64,000 nucleotides of DNA, taken from Gorillibacterium sp. sgz500922. GTDB taxonomy: Bacteria > Bacillota > Bacilli > Paenibacillales > NBRC-103111. The translations under genes and the position numbers were made by a program. The stretch spans positions 90,827-154,826 of the forward strand of contig NZ_JBPPGI010000006.1 in assembly GCF_051594785.1 (NCBI RefSeq). The letters run 5' to 3'. The notes under the pieces are model-generated. The model had not been told where the DNA came from and made no database searches. It saw only the letters and a list, made by a program, of their open reading frames with translations. This document shows, piece after piece, positions 49,958-60,006 of the stretch (position 1 is its first letter; each line of letters begins with the position of its first letter).

Positions 49958-50701
49958 TCACGCCCGCGCCTTCAGCAGCCGGCGCATGCGGGCCACTGCC
50001 GCCGGCCCGAGAAGCCGGGCGATCTGCCGCTTGAGCTCGCTGCGCCGCCGGACGCCGGCGGGCAGCCACGACTTGGCGAAGTGATGGATGGCGTAGCTGT
50101 TCTCCGAGAGGTAATCGGCCCCGTTGATATAATCGTAGGGACAGAAATACGTGCGCGGATAGAACACCGTGCCGTTGTCCAGCTCCTGGTACCGGCCGTT
50201 CGGCACGAAGCCGTGGGTCCGGGCATTTTCCGTAATCCGCTTCGTGTTGGTGGTCAGATCGAGCGTTCCGTCCGCCAGCACGAACGACCGGTCCTCGTAC
50301 TCGTCCAGCAGCTCCTTGATCCACGGATGGCCGGCGCGGGCTGCCATCAGGCCGGTGGGGACATGCTGCTCGTCCTCGAATCCGGAGAAGGCTTCGTGAA
50401 CGAGGAACCGGTCGAGCGGCTTCAGCACCTCGACGTCGGTATCCATGTAGATGCCGCCTTGGGTATACAGGGCATACAACCGAACGTAGTCGCTCACGAA
50501 TGCGTACTTGCCCTGCTCGTAAGCCTCCCGTACATACCGGTTGACCGAGAGATCGAAGGTATCCTCGTTCCACTCCACGAACCGGTATCCGGCGAGCCGC
50601 TTGGGCCAGCTTTCCTGGCACATGCGGATTTTCGCAGGCTTTTCCCCCCGCCCGAACCAGCAGGAATGGACGATTTTGGGGATGGCGTCGGCTTTTTTCA
50701 C
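49958..50701 (-). CDS. GT32-like glycosyltransferase (Gly_transf_sug, DXD motif YMDTD)
   Basis: GTG start after AAAGGAG; ...SDYVRLYALYTQGGIYMDTDVEV... Confidence 0.65.
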   Translation of the reverse strand: MKKADAIPKIVHSCWFGRGEKPAKIRMCQESWPKRLAGYRFVEWNEDTFDLSVNRYVREAYEQGKYAFVSDYVRLYALYTQGGIYMDTDVEVLKPLDRFLVHEAFSGFEDEQHVPTGLMAARAGHPWIKELLDEYEDRSFVLADGTLDLTTNTKRITENARTHGFVPNGRYQELDNGTVFYPRTYFCPYDYINGADYLSENSYAIHHFAKSWLPAGVRRRSELKRQIARLLGPAAVARMRRLLKARA

Positions 50702-50719
50702 GGGATGCTCCTTTCCGTA

Positions 50720-51796
50720 TCAGAACACGAGATAGCGGCTGTTGTATTCGAAGCCGCCGAACGAGATCAGGTTTTCGTACAGGAAAAACAGCAGATAGAA
50801 CATCAAGATCAGGTAATAGACCAGCTTCCGGTCTTTTTCGCGGAACAGCTTGACCACCCAGGGAATCAGAAGCAGCGGATACAGGCCGAAATAAATGGAA
50901 AAGCGGGCGATGATCCAGTTCTGCGTGGCGATCAGCATGACCAGGGCATTGAGGAGAGACAGATTGACGATCGGATCAAGCTCCGGCGCCAAGCTCTTCA
51001 GCCGCTGCCTGCCAAAGAAGGCGATGAGGACCGGCGCCGCCGCCACGACCACGCGGATGGCACTCGCTCCGCCTTCGGAAAAGGTTGAATAATGGCCGTA
51101 CGGGGTATCGGCGATCACCGTAAACAGCGCGCCCATGAACTGGTTGAAGCCCAGGACGATGAGCACGGCTCCGCATGCCATGAGCAGCGTCTTCTTGGTC
51201 CAGGCCGGTCCCCGCACCAGGAAGTAGACCGGCAGCAGCAGGAGCGCGCTGCGGTGAAAGGTCGAGGCGACCAGCACCACGAGGAAGAACCGTTTCCAAT
51301 CGCCGTTCAACATGTATTTGGTTCCGGCAAAAATGATCGCGGCCGCCAGATACTGCCGAATGCCGTTCATCGAGGTGGTGAACGCCCCGGAGGTGATAAA
51401 GACGTAGAGGCTCAGCTCATACATCGTCGAGTAGCGGAAGAGAATCCAGGCGATCAGCCCGCTGGTGGCGACGCCGGTCACCAGGATGAGCAGCTGGGGA
51501 TCGGAGCTCAGCTGCTTGAGCAAAAGCTGTAAAATGTTAAAGCCGAAGTCCTTGCTGTAGTCGATGGTCGCCCAGGAAAAGAAGCCGGTCTTGTACGAGT
51601 ACATGTACGTCGAGGTGTCGCCGATGTTGTTGCGCAAGCCGGCGACCAGCGCGAGCGAGACCGCCGCGATCAGCGCGGGCAGCGCGCTCGGCCGATACCG
51701 GACTCCCGCATCGGTGAGGGCCACCGGATGGGACAGCAGGCGGGCGTACAGGGAAGCGGCATAGACCAGGGCGAGGTTGAACAGCATGATCGTCAT
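50720..51796 (-). CDS. EpsG-family polysaccharide polymerase (Wzy-like membrane protein)
   Basis: The start MTIMLFNL follows AAGGGG; 10-11 TM helices with a large outward loop. Confidence 0.7.
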   Translation of the reverse strand: MTIMLFNLALVYAASLYARLLSHPVALTDAGVRYRPSALPALIAAVSLALVAGLRNNIGDTSTYMYSYKTGFFSWATIDYSKDFGFNILQLLLKQLSSDPQLLILVTGVATSGLIAWILFRYSTMYELSLYVFITSGAFTTSMNGIRQYLAAAIIFAGTKYMLNGDWKRFFLVVLVASTFHRSALLLLPVYFLVRGPAWTKKTLLMACGAVLIVLGFNQFMGALFTVIADTPYGHYSTFSEGGASAIRVVVAAAPVLIAFFGRQRLKSLAPELDPIVNLSLLNALVMLIATQNWIIARFSIYFGLYPLLLIPWVVKLFREKDRKLVYYLILMFYLLFFLYENLISFGGFEYNSRYLVF

Positions 51797-51801
51797 GGCG
51801 G

Positions 51802-52722
51802 TTACCCCTTTGCGGCGCTTTTCCCGGTTCTCAGCGTGGTGGAGCGGTTCGTCGCGTTCAGATAGAGATACAGGAGGAGCCCGGCGGGCAGCGCCAGCAC
51901 GGTATAACCGGGACAAGGCGATTCCCGCAGGAAGCGGCGGTTGCCGCTCATCAGGCTGCTGGAGACGTAATGGACCGTCTCCCGCATCCGCTCCTTCCAG
52001 GTCGGTGCGTAGGTCATCGCCGTCTTGCGGAAGAAGGCGAAGCCGCGCGGGTTGCGCCGGTATTGCTTAATGATGTTAAGGCTCGACCCGTCCTCCAGGT
52101 ATTCGACGACGCACAGCGGCTCGTTCAGGAGGAGGAGCGGGTGCAGCTGATCGATCAGCACGTATTTGTAGCTGAGCGGGCAGTATTTCTCTCCCTCGAA
52201 CAGCGGGTAAGGAGGCGTCCGGCGGGTCAGCTCCGAGCGGTAGACGAGCTTCTTGTCGCCGCGCACCTTGTGGACCCCGTACAGGTCGGTCAGGGTGGAA
52301 GCGGCGACGCCCTCCGGCAGCGGCGTGCCGATGACCGAGCCGTCCGGCGCGATGTCCAGGCCCGCGATGCCCGCCGCCCGGTCGCTGCCGTGCTCGCGCC
52401 AGAAGGAGACGATCGTCTCCACGGCCTTCTCCGGCAGGTAATCGTCGGAGTCGATGCAGACGTTGAGCTCGGTGTCCACCAGCTCGTAAGCGGTGTTGTG
52501 CGCGCCGTGCATGCCTTGGTTCGCCTGGTAATGGTAGCGGATCGGCACGGCGCCTTCGGCGATCCAGCCGCGGACCAGCTCCTCCGTGCCGTCCGTCGAA
52601 CCGTCGTCGACGATCAGCCAGAGGAAGTCCTTCGACGTCTGCCGCTTTAGGCTCTCGTAGCAGGCCGGCAGGATGTAGCCGCGGTTGTAAGTCGGGGTGA
52701 ACACGGTCAGCGTGGGCCGCAC
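51802..52722 (-). CDS. GT2 glycosyltransferase
   Basis: GTG start after AAAGGAGGAAG; LTVFTPTYNRG...DDGSTD. Confidence 0.75.
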   Translation of the reverse strand: MRPTLTVFTPTYNRGYILPACYESLKRQTSKDFLWLIVDDGSTDGTEELVRGWIAEGAVPIRYHYQANQGMHGAHNTAYELVDTELNVCIDSDDYLPEKAVETIVSFWREHGSDRAAGIAGLDIAPDGSVIGTPLPEGVAASTLTDLYGVHKVRGDKKLVYRSELTRRTPPYPLFEGEKYCPLSYKYVLIDQLHPLLLLNEPLCVVEYLEDGSSLNIIKQYRRNPRGFAFFRKTAMTYAPTWKERMRETVHYVSSSLMSGNRRFLRESPCPGYTVLALPAGLLLYLYLNATNRSTTLRTGKSAAKG

Positions 52723-52780
52723 AGATCTTCCTCCTTTTCTTCGCAAGGCCGGGCTTCCGGCCGAAACTCTCGCTCTTCGT

Positions 52781-53884
52781 TCACGCCTCGCGGAGCTGAT
52801 TCCGGTAGTAGTCGCTCAGCCACTCGGCCATCCTCCGCGCGTCATAGCCGCTCGCGGCGATGGCTTCCTGCGTGTCGGCATGCGCCAGCGACAAGCCGAG
52901 AATCCGCTCGGCCCAAGCCTCGGGCGGGGCCTTCAGCGACTCGAAGCCGACGAGGCCGGTCTTATCGACCTCGCGGGTGATCGTATCGGCCACCAGGCAG
53001 GCGAGGCCGGCGGCCTGCGCTTCCACCAGCACGACCGGCAGCCCCTCGAAGAGCGACGGAAACAGGAACAGGTCGAAGCCCTGCAGCAGATCGGGAATAT
53101 CGCCGCGAACACCGAGGAACCGGACCGAGTCGGCGAGGCCCAGGCGGTTCGCCTTCTCCTTCGCCTCCGCGAGAAGCTCCCCTTCCCCCGCCAGCACAAG
53201 CAGGGCGTCGGGCCGTCGGTCGAGCACCGCCCGGAAAATGTCGAGCAGGAACCGGTGGTTCTTCTGCTTGGTGAACCGGCCGATGTGGCCGATCACGAGC
53301 CGGTCGCCAATCCCGAGCTCCGCGCGGATGCGTTCCCGCCGGATGGGATCGAACCGGAAATCCTCGGCGTTGACGGCGTTGTTCAACACCGTCACCGGCC
53401 GCTTGCGGCCGAAGAGCCAGCGCCCGGCGTTCTCGGAGCAGGCGAAGTAATGCGTCGGCTGGTCGCGCATCACCGACCGGGCATAGAGCCGGAAGGGCAG
53501 CTTGTAGTCGAGCGCCAGATCGCTCAAATGGCTGTGCGCGATCCGGCAGGGCACGCCCGCGCGTTTCGCCGCGCGCAGCACGAAGCTGCTGTTCTCGTTG
53601 TTGTGCGCATGCACGATCCGGTAGTCGGGCTGCTCCGCGAAGAAGCGTTCCAGCCGGCGAAAATACTCGCGGTACTTGCCGGGCCGCAGCATCGGCATCC
53701 GGTAGATCCGGCCGCCGAGCGACTCGATCTCGCCGTCGTAGTGGCCGCGCTCCTCGCGGTGAACGAGGAAGTCGAACTGCAGCCGGGACCGGTCGAGCTG
53801 CCGGTAGTAGTTCATCAGCATCGTCTCCAGGCCGCCGCGGTTCATGATCGTCGCCACCTGGAGCACGCGCATCGGTTCTGCCAT
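52781..53884 (-). CDS. GT4 glycosyltransferase (EpsF-like)
   Basis: GT-B fold with an E-x7-E region. Confidence 0.75.
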   Translation of the reverse strand: MAEPMRVLQVATIMNRGGLETMLMNYYRQLDRSRLQFDFLVHREERGHYDGEIESLGGRIYRMPMLRPGKYREYFRRLERFFAEQPDYRIVHAHNNENSSFVLRAAKRAGVPCRIAHSHLSDLALDYKLPFRLYARSVMRDQPTHYFACSENAGRWLFGRKRPVTVLNNAVNAEDFRFDPIRRERIRAELGIGDRLVIGHIGRFTKQKNHRFLLDIFRAVLDRRPDALLVLAGEGELLAEAKEKANRLGLADSVRFLGVRGDIPDLLQGFDLFLFPSLFEGLPVVLVEAQAAGLACLVADTITREVDKTGLVGFESLKAPPEAWAERILGLSLAHADTQEAIAASGYDARRMAEWLSDYYRNQLREA

Positions 53885-53912
53885 GCCTAACGCCTCTTTT
53901 CCTTCATGACGT

Positions 53913-54971
53913 TTATCTCCGCCTCATCCGGTTTGCCGCGGCGAGCAGCGCGTAGAGGCCCGCCGTGAACCGGAGCTTGGCGCACCAGTAGAAGACCCGC
54001 CAGACGGGCGAGCCCTCCGGTTGGAAGCGCGCCAGCGCCGAGCGGAACCGCTCCTCCCGCAGCAGCTCCTGGAGCCGGCTCCGCTTCTCCGCCAAGGAGA
54101 GGCTCTCCCCCGCCGACAGGATGTTGAGCCCGAGTCCCAGAACGCTCAGCGCGATGCGGTTCTCCAGCGCTTCGCGGTAAATGCCGTCCAGCCGATGCTC
54201 GGCCAGAAACTGCTCCATGAGTCCGAAAAGCTGCAAAAACTGCCGGGTAAGCCGCGGATTGAACCCCGAGGTCAGGGATTCCGCGTTCACTCGCCAGTAA
54301 TGGTAGTATGGCGTATGTAAGAAGACGAAGCTGCGGGCCGCCTGCACAACCTGCAGGTTGAACAACGTATCCTCGTTGCTGCCGATCCGCTTGAGATCGG
54401 TAAATTCCGCTTCGGTCTCGCGGATCAGCTCCGCCCGGTACAGCTTGTTCCAGACGGTTCCCCATGCGTCGAGCAGCTCCGGACTGCCCTTCTCGTCGCC
54501 CACCGGGCCGACCAGCCGGCGCAGGATCCGCTCGGCCACCGCTTCGTCCCGGTAGACGGTACGGTCGGCCAGCCCGAAGTCCTTCTCCTTCGCATGGTCG
54601 CCGAATTCGCGGACGTACGAGCACATGACGATGTCGGCGCGGTCGGCGACCGCCGTTCGGTACAGGGCTTCGAACATGCCGGGATCGGCCCAATCGTCGG
54701 GATCGACGAAGCCGATGAAGGCGCCGCCCGCTTCCGCCAGGCCCGCATTGCGGGCGGCGGAGACGCCGGCGTTCGGCTGATCGAGCACCTTGAGCCGGCC
54801 GTCGCGGGAAGCCGCCTCGCGGAGGAGGGCCAGGCTGCCGTCCCGGGAGCCGTCGTTGACGGCGATGATCTCGATGTCCTTCAGGGTTTGGCCAAGCAGG
54901 CTATCCAGGCAGCGGCCGAGGTAGCGCTCCATGTTGTACACCGGAACGATGACGCTCACCAGCGGACCCAT
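53913..54971 (-). CDS. GT2 glycosyltransferase (paralog B of the gene at 45786-46844)
   Basis: MGPLVSVIVPVYNMERYLGRCLDSLLGQTL; near-identical N-terminal signature to paralog A. Confidence 0.8.
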   Translation of the reverse strand: MGPLVSVIVPVYNMERYLGRCLDSLLGQTLKDIEIIAVNDGSRDGSLALLREAASRDGRLKVLDQPNAGVSAARNAGLAEAGGAFIGFVDPDDWADPGMFEALYRTAVADRADIVMCSYVREFGDHAKEKDFGLADRTVYRDEAVAERILRRLVGPVGDEKGSPELLDAWGTVWNKLYRAELIRETEAEFTDLKRIGSNEDTLFNLQVVQAARSFVFLHTPYYHYWRVNAESLTSGFNPRLTRQFLQLFGLMEQFLAEHRLDGIYREALENRIALSVLGLGLNILSAGESLSLAEKRSRLQELLREERFRSALARFQPEGSPVWRVFYWCAKLRFTAGLYALLAAANRMRRR

Positions 54972-54972
54972 G

Positions 54973-56100
54973 CTACACCCAGGCGTACCGGGCGTAGATT
55001 TGGCCCAGCCGCTCCTTGACTTCCTGCACCGAATACGCCGCTACCCGGGCCAGGCTCTCCTCGCCCATCCGGCGGCGCAGCGCTTCGTCCGCCGCCAAAT
55101 CCTCCATGCGGCGGGCGAAGCCGTCCGCATCGTTCGCGTCGACGAGGTAGCCGTTCACGCCGTCCGCTACCAGCTCGTGGTGGCCGCGGTTCTCCGCCGC
55201 GATCACCGGCAGGCCGCTCGCCATCGCCTCCATGATGTTGACCGGCAGACCCTCGCGGAAGCTCGAGGCCACCGCGATATCGCAGGCCGGCAGCAGCTCG
55301 GCGACATCGTCGCGGTAGCCGAGGAAGTCCACGCGGTCCGCGATGCCAAGCCGCTCGGCCAGCTCCCGGCAGGCGGGCAGCAGCGGCCCCGAGCCGGCCA
55401 GCGCGAGCCGGACCGTAGGAGCTCCGGGCTCCTGCCGGACCTTGGAGAGCGCGTGCAGCAGCAGCTGCTGGTTCTTGTTGCGGTTGAATTCGGCGGCATA
55501 GAAGAACAGCAGCCCTTCTTCCGCGAGGCCGAGCGCCCGCCGCCGCCCCGCCTTCTCATCCGAACCGAGCGGCCGGAAGCGGTCGAGCTGAACGCCGACG
55601 CCCGGCACATGGGCGATCTCCGCCGCCTGGAAGTGCCGCCGGAGAGCCAGCCGGTAATCCTCCGAATTGATCGTGATCAGGCAGTCGGTCACCCGTGCGA
55701 GCATTTTCTCCACCGGATAATAGAGCAGCCAGTTGACCAGCGGGGCACCCTTGCAGAAGTGAAAGCCGTGGGCCGTGTAGAGGACTTTCGTTCCCCGCTT
55801 GCGGGCCTTCCAGCCGGCCAGCCGGGCGAGCATGCCGCCCATCGGCGTATGGCAGTGAATGACATCGTAAGCGCCCCGTTCCATCACCGCCGACAGCTCG
55901 CGGTACGCCTTCACGTTCCCCGCCTTAAGCGGCGAGCGCTCGAAGGGAATGTCGAATTTCTGGTCGACGTGGGGCAACGAACGCCCTCCCTTGGCCGCAA
56001 CGTGAACCTCCCAGCCCTGCTCCTTGAACCATTCCAGGTAGGGAAGATGAAACTTCTCTACATGCGTATCGACCGTTGCCACAAACAATATGGCCGGCAC
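54973..56100 (-). CDS. GT4 glycosyltransferase (EpsD-like)
   Basis: The start is taken at the second GTG, which has a GAGGAGG RBS; the first GTG at 56109 abuts the RBS. Confidence 0.7.
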   Translation of the reverse strand: MPAILFVATVDTHVEKFHLPYLEWFKEQGWEVHVAAKGGRSLPHVDQKFDIPFERSPLKAGNVKAYRELSAVMERGAYDVIHCHTPMGGMLARLAGWKARKRGTKVLYTAHGFHFCKGAPLVNWLLYYPVEKMLARVTDCLITINSEDYRLALRRHFQAAEIAHVPGVGVQLDRFRPLGSDEKAGRRRALGLAEEGLLFFYAAEFNRNKNQQLLLHALSKVRQEPGAPTVRLALAGSGPLLPACRELAERLGIADRVDFLGYRDDVAELLPACDIAVASSFREGLPVNIMEAMASGLPVIAAENRGHHELVADGVNGYLVDANDADGFARRMEDLAADEALRRRMGEESLARVAAYSVQEVKERLGQIYARYAWV

Positions 56101-56121
56101 CGCCTTCACCTCCTCTTCGAA

Positions 56122-57957
56122 TCAGCGGGACGACACGACGGCAAGCTCCGCTTCGCCGGTATCCGGCGCGCGGCGGCTGGCGATCCGCAGCAGGGCTTCG
56201 CGCAGCTCCGTCTTTTCCATGCCCGCATAGCCCTTCAGCAGCTCCTGAATTTCCTTCATGCGCAGCTCCGCCGTCTTGCCGATGTAGATCTTCGGATAGA
56301 CCTGCTCCTCGTGGACCTCGTCCTTGCCGAGCAGCTCCTCGAACAGCTTCTCCCCGGGCCGGATGCCCGAGTATTCGATCCCGATGTCCTCGACGGAATT
56401 GCCGGAGAGGCGGATCAGGTTGACGGCGAGATCGGTGATCTTCACGGGATCGCCCATGTCGAGCACGAAGATTTCGCCGCCGCGGGCGAGCGCGCCCGCT
56501 TGAATGACGAGCCGCGAGGCTTCGGGAATCGTCATGAAATAGCGGATCATCTCCGGATGGGTGACCGTCACCGGGCCGCCCTTCTCGATCTGCTTCTTGA
56601 ACAGCGGGATGACGCTGCCCCGGCTGCCCAAGACATTGCCGAAGCGGACCGCGACGAATTTGGTGAAGCTGCGCTGGTCGAGGTCCTGGATGATCATCTC
56701 GGCGAGCCGCTTGGCCGCGCCCATGACGCTCGTCGGGTTGACCGCTTTGTCCGTGGAGATCATCACGAACGTCCGGACCCCGGAAGCGCTGGCGGCGTTC
56801 GCCGCGTTCAGGGTGCCGAGGACGTTGTTCTTGACCGCTTCCTCCGGGTTGCGTTCCATCAAGGGAACGTGCTTGTGCGCCGCCGCATGGTAAACGACGT
56901 CGGGGCGGTAGGTCTTCATCACCGCCATCATCTTGGCGGCGTCCTGAAGATCGGCGATTTCCGGCACGAATTTGATGCCGGAATCCTTGAACTGCTCCCT
57001 CAGCTCCATCTCGATGGAATAGATGCTGTTCTCTCCATGCCCGAGCAGCACCAGCAGCTGGGGCTTGAACCGGGACACCTGGCGGCAGATCTCCGAACCG
57101 ATGGAGCCGCCCGCACCGGTGACCAGGACGATTTTGCCGGTGACGGACTCGGAGATCTTATCCATGTCCATCTCCACTGGCTCGCGACCGAGCAGGTCCT
57201 CCACCTGCACGTCGCGGACCTGGTTCACCGAAACCTTGCCGGAGACAATGTCCTCGATCATCGGCAGAATCTGCGTCTTGGCCGCCGTCTTGGCGCATTC
57301 CTCGTAGATGCGCTGAATTTCCCGACGCCTCAGCGAGGGAATGGCGATGAGGATCGTATGGATGCGCATCTCCCGGGTGATCCGCTCGATGTCGCCGAGA
57401 CCGCCGACGACCGGAACGCCGAGGATGTCGAGGTTCCGCTTGTTCGGATTGTCGTCGACGAAGGCCACCGGCATCAGGTCCGTCTCCCCGCTGTTCAGGA
57501 GCTGGCGGACGATCATCGTGCCGCCCGATCCGGCGCCGACGATCAGCGTGCGCTTCTTCGTATTCGCCTTGCGGCCCGCCGTATGGAGCAGCCGCCAGGA
57601 AAGCCGCGTACCGCCGATGAGCAGCACATGCAGCATCCAGGTGATGGCGAGCATTCGGAAGTAAACGGTGCCCATCATCGCCGCCTGGACGACGACGGTG
57701 GCGGCGATCGAGAGGCTGACCGCCTTCAGGATGGCGGCGAGCTCGCTCACGCTGGCGTATTCCCAGGCTTTTTTGTACAGCTTATAGCGGAAGGCGAAGA
57801 AGTGGTGGCTGACGAGAAGCGTCAGCGAGGTCAGAATGAGCGGCGTCTCATTGACGGCCATGCCGGCGTGCGTCAGGTACCGGCTGAAGAAGATTGCCGT
57901 AAGGACCACAAAGGAATCCGTAAAAAACAAAAAAGACAGCCGTTGTCGATAGGTCAC
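56122..57957 (-). CDS. Membrane-bound UDP-sugar 4,6-dehydratase/epimerase (CapD/EpsC/PglF-like polysaccharide biosynthesis protein)
   Basis: GTG start after GGGAGGA; four N-terminal TM helices, then two Rossmann domains (GAGGSIGSE). Confidence 0.8.
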   Translation of the reverse strand: MTYRQRLSFLFFTDSFVVLTAIFFSRYLTHAGMAVNETPLILTSLTLLVSHHFFAFRYKLYKKAWEYASVSELAAILKAVSLSIAATVVVQAAMMGTVYFRMLAITWMLHVLLIGGTRLSWRLLHTAGRKANTKKRTLIVGAGSGGTMIVRQLLNSGETDLMPVAFVDDNPNKRNLDILGVPVVGGLGDIERITREMRIHTILIAIPSLRRREIQRIYEECAKTAAKTQILPMIEDIVSGKVSVNQVRDVQVEDLLGREPVEMDMDKISESVTGKIVLVTGAGGSIGSEICRQVSRFKPQLLVLLGHGENSIYSIEMELREQFKDSGIKFVPEIADLQDAAKMMAVMKTYRPDVVYHAAAHKHVPLMERNPEEAVKNNVLGTLNAANAASASGVRTFVMISTDKAVNPTSVMGAAKRLAEMIIQDLDQRSFTKFVAVRFGNVLGSRGSVIPLFKKQIEKGGPVTVTHPEMIRYFMTIPEASRLVIQAGALARGGEIFVLDMGDPVKITDLAVNLIRLSGNSVEDIGIEYSGIRPGEKLFEELLGKDEVHEEQVYPKIYIGKTAELRMKEIQELLKGYAGMEKTELREALLRIASRRAPDTGEAELAVVSSR

Positions 57958-58013
57958 GTTCTCATCCTCCCGTGCTCATGTCAATGTAGCCGCAAGCGTT
58001 CCGCTGCGGCTTA

Positions 58014-58544
58014 AACCCCTTCGAAGCCGATCCCAGGCGGCGCCCGGCGAAAGACATCAGGCTCGCGTAAACGCAGAGTGCGCCCGAAATGACGAAGATC
58101 GGACGCACTTGCGGTTCGCTTGCTTACCTGTGCGGTTTCCAGGGAGGAATCCGCACAAGTAAAGAAACGAAACCGCAGGCTTCGCCGCCGCTTGAGGAGC
58201 AGGCCGCGCGGGCGGGCCGCGCGCAAGGCGCGCGGAGCCGGCAATCGCGGCAGTCGCCTTAAGCGATGGGCGGCGAACATTCGGTTTCAATCGTAATCCG
58301 GGGCATCCAACCCCGCCTCACGCCACACCCTCGACGACCCGCGTCTAAGGTCCTGCGACCCACAGCATGACCGAGTGCCTCCATTGATATCGGCCAGGAG
58401 ACATCGCCGCAGCTTGGGTTCATCCGGCTAATGACCGGAAATCCGTCCACTGTTGTTCGCTATGTAAATCATTATCGTTCTTAATATAGAACAGCGAGGC
58501 AAAAGGAAAGCCCTCCGTATCGTCGGCGGGAGAGCCGGGCGAGG
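58014..58544 (-). ncRNA. About 530 nt of structured non-coding spacer between the BY-kinase and capD-like genes (candidate EAR-type anti-termination RNA or internal promoter)
   Basis: No credible ORF. Hairpins visible include TGTGCGGattcctccctggaaaCCGCACA. The position is equivalent to the epsB-epsC spacer that carries the EAR element in Bacillus. Confidence 0.35.
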
Positions 58545-59204
58545 CTACTTCTCGTTGAGCACCGTACCGAGCAGCGTGGCCCCGGCGAACTCCAGGGTCA
58601 TCTTGGCGTTCAGCGCCGCATCTTCCTTGGTCCGGCCCTGTTCCAGGACCAACAACACGGCGTCGCTGCAATGCGCCAAAGACTTGACCTCGAAGGCTTC
58701 CAGCACCGAGGGAGCATCGATGAGGACCATATCGTAGTGGCTGCCCAGCGTGTCCATGATGCCGGTCAGGACTCCATCGTCCAGGAGATCGTTGGCTCCG
58801 AAGCCGTAGGTACCGGCCGGCATGACGTCCAGCTCGCCGATCTCGGTCGGATGAACCGTATCCTTCAGCTCCTTGCGGCCGGACAGGACATCGGACAATC
58901 CGGGCTGTCTCTCCATGCCGAGCAGCTTGGTGATTCCCGGACGGCGGACATTCGCGTCCACCACCAGCACCTTGCTGCCCTTCACCGCCATCGAGGAAGC
59001 CAGGTTCATGACCAGCGTGGTCTTCCCTTCCCCGCCCTCGGGCGAAGTGACAAGAAGCGACTTCTTCTTCTGGCTTTCAAACAGCAGGCGAATATTGGCG
59101 CGGATGCTGCGGAATTGCTCGGAAGCGCGCGCGGCGGGCTGCAGGTAGCTGATCAGACTCCGCCGGGCGGGGAGACTGGATGCGACCGCTTCGTTAAGAT
59201 TCAA
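58545..59204 (-). CDS. BY-kinase (tyrosine-protein kinase, CapB/EpsB/YwqD-like ATPase)
   Basis: Walker A (SPEGGEGKTT), Walker A' and Walker B. TTG start after GAGGAGGGAG; overlaps the modulator gene by 11 nt. Confidence 0.8.
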   Translation of the reverse strand: MNLNEAVASSLPARRSLISYLQPAARASEQFRSIRANIRLLFESQKKKSLLVTSPEGGEGKTTLVMNLASSMAVKGSKVLVVDANVRRPGITKLLGMERQPGLSDVLSGRKELKDTVHPTEIGELDVMPAGTYGFGANDLLDDGVLTGIMDTLGSHYDMVLIDAPSVLEAFEVKSLAHCSDAVLLVLEQGRTKEDAALNAKMTLEFAGATLLGTVLNEK

Positions 59205-59907
59205 CGCTCTCCCTCCTCGTGAGTTGAATTCGCTGATGGGTCTTGGCGCGGAACTTCACCTTTCGAATGCGGGACACTTGCCCGAGCACCGGCAGGCCAA
59301 GCACTTCCTTCGCCCGCTTCTCCGAGCGGATCGCTTCGTCGAGGGTATCGCGGAGGAAGGCGGCTCCGATGCCCAGCACCAAGCCGGCGATGAGGCCGAT
59401 GAGGATCATCCGGTTTTGCTCCGGCGGATTGATCGGCTGTGGCGAACCGTCCTTCTTGGCTTCGGATAAAATGGTCACGTCGCTGAAGTTCAGGAGCGTG
59501 CCGATGGTCGCCTTGTATTGCTTCACGGTGGAGTTGGCGATAGCCGCGGCGAGCGGCTGGCTGCGGTCGGTAACGGTGACCAGCACCACCTGGGTGTTGT
59601 CGACGCTGGAGACCGAAATCTGGCTCCGCAGAGCGGAGACGGAGCGGTCGAGCGAGAGTTCATCCGCTACCTTTTGCAGGACGACGGGCTCCTTGAGAAC
59701 CACCTTGAGCGTATTGATGAAATCGGTATTCGAATGGATGATGATGCGGGCCGTCGCCTGATACAGCGGTGCATGCGGCCTGTTGGCATAGTAGGCGCCA
59801 AGCCCGGTGCCCAACAGAGTAACGAGCGACAGGATCAGCCAGCGCCTGCGCAGGGCGAGCAGAAGGTCACGGATGTTGATCTCTCGGGGGATACGCATAT
59901 TGTCCAT
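59194..59907 (-). CDS. Polysaccharide chain-length determinant / BY-kinase transmembrane modulator (Wzz/CapA/EpsA-like)
   Basis: The start MDNMRIPREI follows CAGGAGAAT; two TM helices flank a periplasmic domain; first gene of the EPS operon. Confidence 0.75.
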   Translation of the reverse strand: MDNMRIPREINIRDLLLALRRRWLILSLVTLLGTGLGAYYANRPHAPLYQATARIIIHSNTDFINTLKVVLKEPVVLQKVADELSLDRSVSALRSQISVSSVDNTQVVLVTVTDRSQPLAAAIANSTVKQYKATIGTLLNFSDVTILSEAKKDGSPQPINPPEQNRMILIGLIAGLVLGIGAAFLRDTLDEAIRSEKRAKEVLGLPVLGQVSRIRKVKFRAKTHQRIQLTRRESVES

Positions 59908-59939
59908 GGGGATTCTCCTGATCTTTATAATGAACTCGT

Positions 59940-59975
59940 TACTCATTATAGTTCTTAATAGCGAACATGTCAAAC
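59940..59975 (-). promoter_or_regulatory. EPS operon promoter: TTGACA, 17-nt spacer, TATAAT, with the inverted repeat GTTC-N8-GAAC filling the spacer
   Basis: A consensus sigma-A hexamer pair read on the minus strand, about 30 nt upstream of the first EPS gene. The inverted repeat resembles Bacillus SinR operators (GTTCTYT half-sites). Confidence 0.6.
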
Positions 59976-60006
59976 CATGAAAACTCCATTTTCAAAATCA
60001 CCGGCG

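Noticed and set aside
58011-58671. Small minus-strand ORFs (77-89 aa) in the BY-kinase/capD spacer
   Set aside because: Arg/Ala-rich, no RBS, no similarity. The region is better explained as non-coding regulatory RNA or spacer.
59925-59932. A TATAAT hexamer on the plus strand between the EPS start and the regulator gene
   Set aside because: It points antisense into the regulator gene with no matching -35. The minus-strand TTGACA-17-TATAAT pair is the coherent promoter.
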